This document shows, in pieces, positions 11,724-25,412 of a stretch of 64,000 nucleotides of DNA; positions within the stretch are counted from its first letter, which is position 1; every line of letters begins with the position of its first letter. The notes beneath the pieces were generated by a model, which saw only the letters and a program-made list of their open reading frames with translations, had not been told where the DNA came from and ran no database searches. The stretch lies in assembly GCF_041146345.1 (NCBI RefSeq), contig NW_027191419.1, forward strand, positions 62,001-126,000, given 5' to 3'. The DNA comes from Neodothiora populina. Taxonomy: Eukaryota. The position numbers and the translations under genes were made by a program.

Positions 11724-14700
11724 TGGCCGACAGCATTTACGAGCGCCCGCATCACAGAACGCTCCCAGGCGGGCGGCTGAATCAAGAACGTTCGGTAGCC
11801 TACTCCAATAGTTCCATTTGATCTTGCTCTATCCAAACTCGGGAAGGCTATTCGGTCGCCAGCCACATGACATTTCCCTTGTCGGCCGTTAGCTTTGTCA
11901 CCTAACGATCTTTAGACGACGGCCTCGTGTCGCGCGGATCGAGGGACAGAAAAGCAGTCATGTCGACAACCCTCTCTCTCTGTCTCTCTTCTTGGCCGAC
12001 GGCAGCTGGAGTATAGTACATTGGTAGCCTTGCATCGGGCAAAGTCAAATAGACTACTGTCTACCCAATTATTCAGGCCAATTTTTTCTTTCTTCTCCTT
12101 GTCACCTGCATGATGGACCCCTTCGGCCTCACCCGCATTTTGCTGCTTGTACATGATGGATGGCAGCATGACGGCCGCATCCTGGGGGCTTTTGGTGCCT
12201 TGCCTTATGCAGGAACACCGCAACTGCTCGGCGGCCGTTTCAACGGTCGAGTGTTTCAGAGGCCACCTGTGAACCACTCTAGAAAAGCCCTGACCATAAC
12301 CAAATCGTCGCAGTAACCACATGAGCCAGCAACCTTGTTTGTAGTTTCATAGCATGGAAAAAGGGTTTACTCGACCTCACGCCTCTTTCCTCGTAGCCAA
12401 CATCGCTACCGGAGATTTGAGTATTCCTTTTTCGAGAGATTCTTCCAGAAAAAGAATCCGCACTGAAATTCGGTAGGGACGGCTGAAGGAATGCATTACA
12501 CCGCCAAAAGCGCATGGTTATCCAATTAGCCAACAACAGTGGAATTAATTTCGGTGACTCGGCCGAGGCTACAGGGCTGGCGTGGCTGACCTCTCTTATG
12601 CTTTTTGGTCTTCGTGTCGGTGACTTGTGAAGCTTGTCTACTTACGATAGGTACACACGCGCAGAAAAAGGACGATTTGATTAAGGTAAGGTACCTACCT
12701 AGTCATTGCAAGCCGCGTTCGCGCCGCCTGTGGTGAAAGTGCCCTTCGGAGCAAACAACCAGCAAAGGAAGATGCTCCTCGAACACTACAGTCTGTGGAG
12801 CTGCGACGCTTCTGGCTCTGATCGAAATGAGCTTCCCTCCGATGAGAGACAAGCAAAGGCGCTAAATCGCAGGAACAATAACCGAACACTGACCGCGTGA
12901 AGCGCTGTGCGGTGGTTCATCCTGTTTGGCGTCGTCGGGCATTTTCAGCCGGGGACGCATGATGCACGGAGACCCCGCTGCTGGGATTGGCCAGTCGGTG
13001 AATTTTCTACTGATGCTGCTACTGCTGCAGGCACAGTAGTCCGGGCGCTTGCTGTGTACGACTGAGTGGCTTGCTGTAGGAGTCAGTGGCCTCCGATGCG
13101 GGAAATGTACTCCGTACACCTCATACCTACCTTAATGTACTGCTGCCAGTGATCGAGTAGGGGTGGATTCGCCTTGTTCTCCTGCAACATACCTAGGTCA
13201 AAGTATTGTACAAAGGGCACGGCGATGACGATGACGATGATGATGATAATTCAAAGTCGCACAAGGTGTGCAAGCAAGGTACCGGGTACACGACAGGCAC
13301 TGCCATGTGTGCACCTTGCAAGCCACAGAATTATCGCTAATAGGATCTTTGTGTTTTGTCATTTGACCATTATCAAGCATAAGGTGCTAAACCCATCACC
13401 CACAGTGCTACATCATCCCTCACGCGTTTGCCGGGAAGAAGCGGCCACCGACATTATGCTAATTAAACATTCTAATTCGTCCACGACTGTCCGTACGTAA
13501 CCCAAGACGACCCTAAAGGGACGTTCAGGTCAATGAGGGAGCAAGACGGACCCGCCTCGGGTCCAAGAGCAAGAAAAGAAAGAAGCTTAGGTTGCTGTGG
13601 TGGAGAGATCAGACAATCCCACGGTCCGCTTTTACTCTGACTCGCATGAGCTGCCACCATTTGCACTTTGCGTAAGTAGATCCGGGAGGGAAGTGGTGAT
13701 CAGACACGATCGAAGGGATTGTGCGTTCTGAGCAACCAAAAAGGTTCCCAAGGAAAATAGGCCTTGGGCCCCCTTGCCCTGAGCTGGCGTTGTAAGTAAA
13801 AGTGTATATCCGCTGATTGCGACTCCAGTTTCAGGTAAATTGAAAAGACGCCGATCTCTCGGGGAGAGAGGAGGGGGGGGGGCTTTAAAGAACAATGCCC
13901 AGACCCGATCTTCAGCATGGTGTGCCCTATGCATGAGGAGGGTCTGCTTGCATTCGCAACACATGGTGATTACTGTAATTGTAGCCGTGCTGTCTCCTCT
14001 CTCAGTGTGGCCTTAAGATGTGCATTATAGGAAACATTGCCAAAGTCTCACCCAATCACGATCGAACAAGCACTTAGGGAGCCTCGGCCAATTTGTAAAG
14101 CCCCCTATCATTGCGCGGTTGCGATAATGGTCGGATTGGGGATTCACTTTGTTCAGAAGCCGAAGGACTATGCAGGTGACCTGATAATCGCTTGGATCAG
14201 TCGGCATTTCTGTTCCTGATGACTCTTTATCATGTCTGCACATATATGGTCTTGGGGATCGACAGAGAAGTCGTTGCTGTTGTTGTTTTTGTTGTTGCAG
14301 CTGTTGTTGCTGCTGCACACGTCCTTGGGATGAACCGCGAGTGTCAGGTCTCGGGAGTCGGAGAGGTGTCTGCGCCGCGCCGCGCTGCGCTGCTCCCACC
14401 GCACCTTATTGCAGGTGGTTGACGACTCTCTCGACCCCGCCTGCGCAGCGTATGAAGATTGTGAATTACTCTTACGTCGCTACAACATTACAACCCATAT
14501 GACACTCTGTTCTCTAGAGACCGTCGTACTCGACCATTGTATAACTTTCTCTGCAGTCAATTGATCTCGAGATGGCTGCATTAGACCCCTCAGAGACCAA
14601 GAGAAAGCTAGGGTCGGGGGAGCGTCAGAGTCCAACAAGGATAGACCGTGTGATATAGCGTCGATCCCGAGCGCCAGGGAGCGATTGGAATAGGGTGGAA

Positions 14701-14763
14701 AGTGAGGGATTCGTAAGTCACTCTGTGTTGCTTTCTGACCATTGTCACAGCGGGCATGCTCAA

Positions 14764-15995
14764 TCACCTCTTTCCCCTCTTTCCCCCTTTGCCGCCCCTT
14801 CCACCCTTGCCTCCTCGTGCCGAACGCGAAGGCGGACCGTTGATGCCGGCAACATCTTGCTTGGTCAACCTGAGAGTTCCGCCGCTGAACCTGCCGACGC
14901 TGGGGCCACCGATGCCTCGTGCTCGCTTCTCCGGCGGACCGACCGTGTTCTTTTTGTTGGAAGCCGCTCGTTCCAGAATGATTCCATTCTCCTTTGCCTC
15001 GCGGCGTCTGTCGGACTCCTTTGATTCCTTCTTTGCGACGATGCCCATGCGATGTGACTGTGGCATTTTCTTCTGTTCGAGGATGGAGACCTTGCTACCC
15101 AGTGACATCAGACGGAGGTCGGTGGCTTTGTGCCGGTTCTTTCCACTTGGATCTGTCGAGGTAAAAGATGAGTCCAGGAGATGTGATTCGTTTAGCAAGC
15201 GTTGAAGGGCCAGATCGTTTTTTAGGTTTGCAGCATCGGTGCCGTCATCTTCGGTTTTGTCAGAATTCGACTGCTGCTGTTTTTGGTTGTTGCCTTTGGT
15301 CGGAACTGCTGCCGTGTCTGAGGAAGGAGGCTTTGCAGACTGTGATGATTGTCTTGTCAGTTATCTGCGATGGTGATTGTTACTGATGGAATGTCGCGTA
15401 CCATGAATGCTTTGAACTGCTTCTTGTCGAGTCGTTCATTTGCCACCCTCTTGAAGTCGCCGACCTCGACGACCTCGACCTCGTCGCTGCCTCCCGACAA
15501 GCCTTCGAAGTCGCATTCGTCTTCGTCCTCGGCGCCCTCGTCCACGTAGAGATGCGCATACTTGTCTTGGTCGTCATTTTCCACAACTTCATCCTCGTCG
15601 TTTTCCTCGGCTTCGTTCTCGTCGTTCTCATCATTGACCGTGCTGCTCTCTTTGACCTTGGTTCTCTTTACCAGACCATCGATAGGCCTGAACTTGGCCT
15701 CGAACGCAAGCTGGAAAATGCGCCGTAGCGCCTCACTGTTTTCGTCTTCTTCTTCTTCTTCTTCTTCTTCTTCTTCTTCCTCTTCCTCCTCTCTCTTCTC
15801 CACTTTGGTTGCGTTTGGCTTATTTTCTGTGGTGGATGGCCTGTTCTTGACGACTTGTCCGGGCGCGCGCTTAGGAGCAGACTTGGCAGCGAGTTTTGCT
15901 GCTAGCGATGCCGCCGAAGACGAAGACGAAGACGAAGAAGAAGAAAACTTGACCCCATCGGCCGGGCGTTTGCGCTTTCCAAGGAGACCAGACAT
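14764..15995 (-). CDS. FAF1: Pre-rRNA processing / 40S biogenesis factor Faf1-like; exons 15995-15402, 15339-14764
   Basis: MSGLLGKRKR start, acidic tracts, conserved C-terminus NDLALQRLLNESHLL...GKNRHKATDLRL...RRREAKENGIIL...PSVGRFSGGTLRL. Intron 15340-15401 (GTACGC..CTGAC..CAG). Confidence 0.85.
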
Positions 15996-16335
15996 GTCGG
16001 TAGATTGTGGATTTGCGTGCGAATCTTGTGTAATCTAGAGACTTTCTTATGATACAAAGATATTGAAGGCAACTTTACCTCCGGCCGGAGAAGCCAAGAC
16101 TTTCTTCCGCAGAGAGACGCTAAACTTCTTTTGTCGCTGCTTCCAAGTGACGCATCCCACCTTGTCCAAGTATAACCCCACTACTTACCACCACCTACCA
16201 ATACTGAAGCAAGTTCGAAGATCCTCCCAAAAAAAAAGGGTTACGAAATAGAACAAAAGCTCCCTTTCTTACACAACACCAGAACACGACTCAGGAGAAG
16301 TGTGACTGCAGCGAACACATAAACAGCAAACCACA

Positions 16336-17582
16336 ATGACCCGGTTCCGACCATGCATAGACCTGCACGCGGGCAGCGTCAAGCAAATCGTCGGCGGCAC
16401 CCTGACAGACACGCTGAACGACCCGAATCTGCAAACCAACTACGTGTCGTCGGACCCGGCGTCTTTCTACGCGGACCTATATCGCAAGGAGAACCTTCTT
16501 GGTGCGCATGTGATTATGCTGGGGCCGGGGAACGAGGAAGCTGCCGCGGCGGCGTGTGAGGCGTGGCCTGGGAAGTTGCAGGTTGGAGGTGGGATTAGTG
16601 ATGCGAATGCTGCTGAGTGGATCCGGAGGGGTGCTGAGAAGGTGTGTTTGTTTGTTTTTCTTTTCTGTTTCTTTTTCTTTTCCACTCTCGCTCTCCAAAA
16701 ATCACTTTTCTTCGTCTGTTTCTTCGATTTGTAAATGTGTGCATGTATGTGTCTGTTTTGTGATATCTGTGGATCTCGTCATTTCACGATACGATATCTT
16801 GTATTGTATTCTCCACAAAGATACCCTCTTCAGTTCCGAGTACCTATGAATCAGAGATAGGAAGAAAGAGTGCAACGAGCCCAATCAGCAGAAAAGAAGC
16901 AAAAAAAAAAGCGCACTCACGCCTCCCAGGTAATCATAACCTCGTTCCTATTCCCCAACGGCAAATTCAGCCTGCAGCGCCTGCAATCCGTGCTAGCAGC
17001 GCTAGACAACGACGTCTCCAAACTCGTCATCGACCTCAGCTGCCGCCGAAAAGGCGACGACACATGGTTCGTAGCCATGAACAAATGGCAGACGCTGACA
17101 GATATGGAACTGAACCAAGGTGAATTTTTCCCTCTCTTCTTCTTCTTCTTCTTCTTCTTCTTCTAGCCGTGATACCAGCCGCGATAGCTTGCTTGCCCGC
17201 TAACGAAGCCCCCCGTCTCACAGAAGCAATCTCCCTGCTAGCGCCGCACTGCAGCGAATTCCTGATCCACGCAGCAGACAACGAGGGCCTGCAGCAAGGC
17301 ATCGACCACGACCTCGTGCGGCGGCTGGCGGAATGGATCCGTCACGCCGCCGCCGGGTCCACATCGTCCACATCGTCGCCCTCGAAACCTATCTCCGTGA
17401 CGTATGCCGGCGGCGGCAGGAATCTCTCGGATCTGGATCTCGTCGAGGAACTCAGTGGGGGCGCGGTGGATCTGACGATTGGCAGCGCGTTGGATATTTT
17501 CGGGGGCAAGGGGTGTGTGTTTGGGGAGTGTGTTGCTTGGAATCGGGGGAGGGATGCAAGGGAGAGGAAGGGATTGGACTAG
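16336..17582 (+). CDS. HIS6: ProFAR isomerase (histidine biosynthesis); exons 16336-16641, 16930-17119, 17224-17582
   Basis: [74 protein letters not shown] match eukaryotic His6. Introns 16642-16929 and 17120-17223. Confidence 0.96.
17135..17164. repeat. (TCT)10 microsatellite in HIS6 intron 2
   Basis: Read directly. Confidence 0.9.
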
Positions 17583-17948
17583 GGACCCCCGTTCTACGAC
17601 ACTCTTGCGGAAGAATTTCTTTTCTTCTTCTCGTTCATATTTTGTTATTCACAAGTCCTACCTGCACTGAGTGGAGGGACAAAAGGCTGTACGTATGTAT
17701 GTGAGCAACGCAACACAAGCCGAGTGAGTAAGACATTGATTCTACTCAAGGTGATCTGATGAGTAGACTTAACCCTAGAACAAGCAAAAGACAAGAAAGC
17801 AGAGGAGAGAGAGAGACAGAAAAGAGATGGAGAAGACATGAGAGAGAGACGCTTTCTACTTCTCAATTTCGACAGGAAAAAGGAAACCACAAGACGACTG
17901 TAGGAGATACAAAAGACTGTTAGCTGCAAAAAAAAAAGAAGAGAAGCC

Positions 17949-20900
17949 TCACATCCCACTACGACGTCGCTTGTTATCCATTCTCTCCCGATCATGCATC
18001 ATCTCCTCTCCTCTTCTCTTCCTCTCGCTGCCTCCCGGTCCCGATCCTCCCCTTCCTCCACGATCACCCCTGCTGTTGTTGTTATTGTCGTCGCGCGGAG
18101 GTCCGCTTCTTTCGTCCCCTCTGGATCCCGATCCACCTAGTCCTTGTCCTGGTCCTCCCATGTTGCCTGGTCCTCCACCACCCATTCCTTGACCGGACAT
18201 GCGTGCGTCTCGTCGAGAGAAGTCTCCACCTCCTCGACCCATCCCCATAGACGATGATCCGCGGTTGTCGTACATCCTACCGCCTCTCCCACCCGAGAAT
18301 GGAGCAGGGCCGTATTCAGAGTCAACAACAGAGGTCGGACCGGAATTGTCAGTCGATGGCGGTTGCACAGCAGAGGCAATAGTGGGTGGTTCGCGATGTC
18401 CACCTCTGTTGTCGCCGCCGCCCCTGCGGTCTCTGTCGCTTCTGCCATCTCGATCGGTGCGTGGACCACGACCGCTTCGAGAATCCCGTTCAGATCCGCG
18501 ATGGTCGTCCCGAGTCTCAGACGATGGACCTCCTCCGTAGCGGCTGCTGCTGCGATCTTCGTCACCGCGAGAAGAACGATGTCTGTCGTTTCTGTCGTCG
18601 TCTCGGCGATGCATTGACCTATCAGACGCTTCGGGTACAGGCGCACCTGTGATAATGTCCATCCGGCTCGGATGCATGGGTGGTGTCGGCCCTTGCGATT
18701 GTTGCATCGGGTTTCTTCCGCCTGGAGGACCACTGCCAGGACCAAAGGCCCCACCGGGCATGGACGGAGACGGAGGCATCATGTTGCTGCCTTGTCTGTT
18801 CGCCTGACCTTTGATAGAGGTTCCTCTTGGTCCAGGTCCCGCTCCGGTAAGTGTCTCGTTGATGCCGGCAAACTTCCTTCGATCGCCTGCGATTGATCCT
18901 GACGAAGGACCGGACGGCATTGCCATCCGGTCGGGTTGCTGGCCCATGTTCTGCATGGGTGTCGCCGGCCCGGTCGGTGGTGCGGCGTTGCTACGTGGTC
19001 CGGACGGTGGTCCGCCTTGTACAGCATCAGGTGGCAAATGAGCAAGCCGCGACGGATGCACTGCTGGCAGAGCCGGCGTCTGTTGAGGAGACGAAGCCGC
19101 ATCTGAGGGAACAGAGGCAGGCGCGTTCGATCGACCGAACTGTCGTCGACCGTTTGGCATCTGCGGCATGGCGCGATGACTTGACGGTGACTGTGGAGGC
19201 TGATTGACTACATTTGGAATTGGTCTGTTGTCGGAACTTGGCCCTGAAGGAGTAAAATTCCTGCCAGCTTGTGACGGAGGGCCTCCACCGAAGCTGCGAG
19301 GCGCCGAAGGGGGTTCTGCATTAGGGTTGAGACGGCCGTAGTTCGAATCTTGAGGCGGCCCATGTTCTTTGTTCAGGCGACCGTGAGTGGGATCCATCGG
19401 ACGACGTGCAGGTCCGCTACTTTCGAAGAGATCGCCACCACGTTTGGCGACTGGAGGTTCATTGCGCGGAGCACGACCAGATCGAGGTCCGGTAGGCGCA
19501 ATATCGCCGGGTTCAGGTCTTCGTGGCTCGTCCCTTCTGTCACGACCTTCGACTTGAGACTGGAATGGGTTAGGATCAAGTGGAGCTCTTCGTGGCTCTT
19601 GTCGTTGCTCTGCCCTGTGAGTACCTCCCTCGCGACGCGGAGATTGCGGTCTGGAACCCCGATCCTTGCGCTCGTCACGTTCACGCCTCAAGTCATCTCT
19701 GGGCCTCCGTGCATCGACAGTATCACCTTCAATCATGGCCAGCCGTTCAGGATTGACACCCGGCGTTGGTGGTTGACTGTTCGACGTGGCAGGCGGGCCT
19801 TGCGGAGGCATTTCCACCCATCCAGGCGGACCGCTCCGTTCGTATCTTCCCTGGCCTCTCTCCTGTTGAGATGGGGGCGGCATGGAGCCATTCGAACTAG
19901 AGTAATCTCGAGGGTCGACATTCCGAGATTGAGAACCTTGCGAGTCCAGGGCTCGTCTTTGCGAAGGGCCGTAGGATCCACTTCTGTCGGGCATACGAGT
20001 GTCATGATCAGGTCTTGGAGGACCCCTCGACTCGTTGACAGACGTGCCAAATTCGCGCCTGTCAGGAGCATAGTCTTTTTCGGTTTCTCTGCCATGCGTC
20101 CGCCTGCCCGGTGACACTTCTCGCGAGCGGGAAGTTGGCTTTCGGACCTGATCAGCTGGAGGCTCAAGTCGACCATAATCTTGCTTTGAAGCTGCACGCT
20201 CGCGACCATCGGGTCTCGGTGGTCGAGTTCGATCCAAGGGCAGGTCCGACGCACTTCTAGGGGGTGGAGCACGGTTGTCTGGCTTGCTCGGCAAAGCATG
20301 AGGCGTTCTGCCTGCGGTCTGTGTTGACGGCTGTCGAGAAGTCGACGGTGGAACGGGTGGGCCTGCAGCGGTCGGCGTGGACGATCTTGACTTTTCGACC
20401 TTCTTCGGCAGGTGTGCTGGTAGCTTAGCTGTGGCTTGCGTTTCCAACGGGGTTTCCTTGCTTGGATCATCGTTGCGGACCACAATCTCCTTCTCCTCCA
20501 CAGTAGCCTCCTTCTTTTCCTCCTCAACCTCACCGTCCTCCGATCGTGCGCCATCAGGTGGAGCCGAGTCTGAGTCTCTTGGCTGGAACTCAGAGGCTGC
20601 AGGGTTCAAAGAAGGCACGTTATTGCCGGCAGTGGCAGGGGTCTCGGATCTGGACGATGTGGTTTTCGGCGCAGAGCTGGTATCGTTCTTTCGCTTGACG
20701 TCAGATAACCGTGTGTTCACAAGGGTATGGTCAACACTTACAAGTCGGAATGCCTGAGGCATCATCCAGGCCTTCTCGCGTCTCTTGAGATTACCGATCA
20801 AGCTGTTGGCGGCCAGCTTAAGGTCCCCCCTCGGGTCCCTCTGACCAATATCGGTGAGCTTGTCCAGGACCGTGTTTCCCATCCAGTTCACGGCGGGGAA

Positions 20901-23900
20901 GTGCTGCGTGACGCTCTTCAGGACAATGATGGCATTGCGCATGTGCATGTACTCTCCCGATTCAATGCATATAAGAACGGCTTTCTGCAGGTTACTGTGC
21001 CACTTGTAAAGTTCTCGGCGGAAAGGCTCGTACTCAAGGAACTTGCTTGGAGTGCCATCTTCGTTCCACTCCACTGCGAATCCAGGTAGAGTCTTCTTGA
21101 CTCCTAGAGCATTCTTCTCGTACTGATCTTCCTTGGCGTGCCAGCTCTGCAGATCCTTCAGTAGTTCATTGAGGAAACGGCCGAGGGTTTCGGCTTCTCT
21201 CGTGGTGCACTGGTACATCAACGCAGCCAATTGATTCCTCCGTAGAAGCTGGTCGTAGAGCTCTCTTGTTCGGAAACCAGGTGTGCCGTTATTATGCAGG
21301 AACTTGATCATAACAAAAGTGTACTGGGCGTCGATTGGTGACAAGAGTAGTCTTGGCAAGAAACAGTTCTGCAGAAGACTCTGTTGTAGGTCTCCAGCGT
21401 CCAGCTTGAGCGACGAGAACCAGTGACCCTTTTCGCGTATAAGCCGTATCCGGACACGCTGGTAGGTCTTGATCTGATCGCGCATCTCCTGAGTGAGACG
21501 TTCTTTCAAGTCAACAATGGCCTTCTTGCGGGTCTCTCTTTCTTTGGTTGCCTTGACGCTCATGTCGGAGCGATCGTGATTGATTTGGTTGATGAGGTAA
21601 TTTTGCGTGGTCAGCTCCTGTTCATAGCTGGCGCTGTTGACGAGGATGTCTTCAAGGGACAGGGTCCAGAAGGTCACGTAGAAAGAAGTGCTCATGGAAG
21701 ATGCAAATTCACTGCCCATGACTTCTTGCAACTTCTCAATCAACGGAGTCAGAGCAGGATGAGAGTGGTTCGATTCAGAGTCCTGGCCAGGCTCTGGAGC
21801 AGGGGTCGGCGTCGGAGCGGGTGCGCCGTTAGCCTGGAGAACTTCTTTGGCGTCGGCCATCTCAGCGTCAACACTGTCGGAAGCCTTTGCATCATCCTCG
21901 GCAGATACTTTGTCTTTCGCAGCATCAGCTGAATGGTCAGCCGCCGATGACTTTCCATCAGCGTCAGACATGGTGACATCTACATCGTTGGCTGCGCCCT
22001 CGACCTTGACATGAGCCTCCTTCGACCTGGCCTTCTCTTCCTGTCGTGCCGCTTCTTTGATCATGTCATGTTCAGTGACCGCTGCAGTGATACTGGCACG
22101 GCCAATGGCAAAGGCAACGGCAGGCTCCAGGCCGTAATCGGCTATCAAGCTTATCGTATCGGGCACGACCGCGTCAAAGTCCTTGTTTGCGAGGTTGCTT
22201 CTCAGCGTGTCCAGGTACTGTTGGAAGACTTCGTTGATCTTGTCGAGATTGTTGCCCAGAACCTTGAGAGGGGCGAATTTCGCATCGTCGTGATTGGCGT
22301 ACATTTGTCGTTCTTGCGCGATCGAGATGAGAAGCTGGCCGGCGAGTCCATGTTCGGTCAGCGCCTTAATCAGGCGGCGCGACGTCTTTTCCATCTTGTG
22401 ACGTTCGTCTGCGACAGTGATCAAGGTTTGGGCTTGTAGCACTTTGCCGCCCGCCATGGCGAGGACTTGAGCCTCGTTGAAAGTAACGTCCGACCGGATA
22501 CCCGCCATGCCAGTGATGATCTGATCCAGGATCTCGAGGTCGGTCGAGTTCCCGCTTCGCAGTTCGTTGGTAACGTACTGAAGGATAGGTGACGGATCGA
22601 CGGCCGAATAGCGCTTGAAGATGGAACCAGCAAAAGTAGAAAGAGCCCGGAGCCAAGCACTGGTCAACATGCCATCTCCCTGGACTCTGTTTCTACCTCC
22701 TCCACCCAGAGCGGTCATCAGACACCAGACCAGCACGTCGTACCCGAGCATGCTGAAATAACGTACACATTCGACGACGACGTCGATGAGGTTGTCATAC
22801 GATTCCATCTGGTGTATGGCGACCTGCATGACGACTCCGGGAGACGAGAAGGCGACCTTGGACAAAGCTTTGCCCATGGCTCGAACGTTGGTTTTACTGA
22901 TGCGCTTGAGGACATCTCTCGTCTCGGCCTGGGTGAGTTTGAAGGCGGACTGAATGTCAGGGTTGCGAGAAGTGGCGCCGAAATGCCATTCTGCATAGAT
23001 AGAGTAGCGGACGTCGATGGGGAACACCTTGAGGAGCTCGAACATCTCGTTGACATTTCCGGTGTTGTATCTGGTCAAGCTGAGAGCCGGAACCAACAGC
23101 CGTTTACAGAGATCCGCCCATCGCGTTGCGTTGGCTTCTGAAGGGTCATCGGCCAAGCTCTTCTTTCCGATTCTCGTAAGCTTCATCAGCAGCGCTGAAT
23201 CTCTGCCGATTTTGACTCCAGAGAAGTTGAGTATTGTGTTGCACATCTGGAAGACGTCGTCAACATTCTGGCAGACGGGGATGTTGTCCGCCCAGTCGTC
23301 CCAGTAGTATCTGTACTCGATTTCATCGCCCAGATCTCCACGCTCAAGGTTGGCCCATTTGAGAGACTTGGGGCGCTTCGCGGGAACAAACTTGAGCGAG
23401 CCTTTGGGTAGACCAGCAGCATCTCCGATATGGTCTTTGGCATTGCACAGACCTTCTCGGCCGGCAAGCGGTCGTATGGGTTCGTAGACCTTGATCAGCA
23501 TGTGGTGCAGGATGCGGTGAATGTAGTCTGGAAGATCGTGGACGAGATCGGCGAGCCATGGGAATTTACCGAGAATAAAAAGAGCCTCGGGGAGAGCACC
23601 GATGAGCAACAGACTCTTGAGCAGGAGGATCTTTTGGTTCGGCGGTTCTGGCAATTCTGCGGCAGGATCTGCTGCGTCCTTGTCAGCAGCAGCAGCAGCA
23701 GCAGCATCGGGCTTGGGAGACTTGGCGCCTTTGTCGGCATCACGCAAGGCGCGGACTGCGGGCGTGGGCAGAGTGTCGTCGGCCAGAGCGCCGGCCATGG
23801 CGAGGGCGTTGGTCGTGCTTCCGCCGGGACGAGAGGCTTTCTCCCGTTCTTCTTTTTCTTTTTGTAGCTTCGTGCGTACGTCGGCCATCTTGTCATCGGC

Positions 23901-25377
23901 AGGGTGCAGATGGGGATACAGATCCCGCAGAGAGATGAAGCCGACTTTGATGAGCAGAGCAGACATCCAAATCAGATTCTCCGGCATCTCATCTTTTTGG
24001 TTGCGAGCGTCTGAAGCATAAAAGGCCAGCTTGAAGCCCAGGATCTGAGCGGCGTCAGGGTTCCCAGAAGGCGGCAGACAGCCAGTCTCGCGCATCCACT
24101 GCCGCGCATTGTTTAGTCGTGTACGTCGGACTTTGTTGGTGTCTTGGCCACGGGCGTTCAACTCTGGCTGCAGCTCGGATTCCAGCATGTCTCTGATGAC
24201 AGGGTCGTCCATGTTCGTGATCCTGCGAGCTCCGAGCTCGAAGAAAGCCTTCATGCCGTCTTTATGTGACTGGTCCCAGAATGCAACGTCACGCACTTGC
24301 TTGAGAGCGGCAAGACGTTCGCGCTCGTCGGCCGGAGTATGCCAGGCACCCGAGTGCGGCAGAGCCCAGCTGGGCAGCGATGTGAAGCCTTGTCCCGACC
24401 ATCGAATGGCTTCGGGGATGTTGTCTTCGGGCCACCAGGAGCTGGCTCGTAGGAACTTGACAAAGAAGCGAAAGTTCTTGATGAGCAGATTGGACATGAG
24501 GTCGAGGGTGATGTCTAGGACTCTGCCGACGTCCAAGTCAAAGGATCCGACGAGGGCCTTGATACGCTGAAAGGCATCCTCGGCCACGGGCTCGTTCAGG
24601 TCCGGGACGTGGGAGACATTGAAGTACTCGGTGATGAGCTTGGAGTAGCCCTCGGACTCTTCGCGCAGGAGATTGAAGTTTGCCTGGCGATAGATGAGGT
24701 TGGTCGTCTTGCGGTTGCGCATGGTGGAGAAGGTGTTGCGCACAAGGCCCAGCGCCTGCAGGGTCTCGACATCCAACTCTTCGCGCAGCACACTGGGCGA
24801 CACGCCGGCGGCAGAGATGAAGTTGCGCAGGGCCGAGGTCTTCCAGTCGCCTTCGTCGAGGACGTTGATTGTGTCGGCGAGCAGAGACTGCAGCTCTTGA
24901 CGATCGTTGTCGGATTGTTTCTCCAGCACTTCTTCCAGCGCGGCACCAGCCTGTTGGGCGGGCAGCCTTGCGTCGACTGCGCTCCGAATGAGCTCCTGCA
25001 TGACGGAACTGGCCACCAAGCCCGTGTCCTCGTGCTCTTGACCGCCATGGGGAGCGGCGAAAGCGTCGACTATAGACTGCTTGCCACTCTCCTGCCAGCG
25101 CGACACGACGTCGTCGGTGAGGTATTCGTAAGTGTAGGGCGCCGGTGGCCCTCGCCGAGGTGACTGGGCGCGCGGAGGGTATTGAGGTGCCGAAGGAGCA
25201 GCAGGAGGAGCAGGAGTGGGCGCAGGAGTGGGTCGGTTGGACTGCGCCGGCGCTGGTGAGGAAGGCGCCGACGGGAGAGCAGTCGAAGGCGCAGTTGCAG
25301 AGGCAGGAGCGGGCGCTGGAGATGAAGGAGCGACTGCAGGTGTTGCGCGTGAGGGCGTGGATGTCGCCGTGGAGCCT

Positions 25378-25412
<35 letters not shown>

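Noticed and set aside
15996..16335. CpcA/Gcn4 site for HIS6
   Set aside because: Only near matches (CGACTC, TGACTG, TGACGC); no exact TGACTC.
17770..17777. TAACCCTA resembling a telomerase RNA template
   Set aside because: Lies in the 366-bp gap between the convergent HIS6 and THO2 3' ends, leaving no room for a 1.5-2 kb telomerase RNA.
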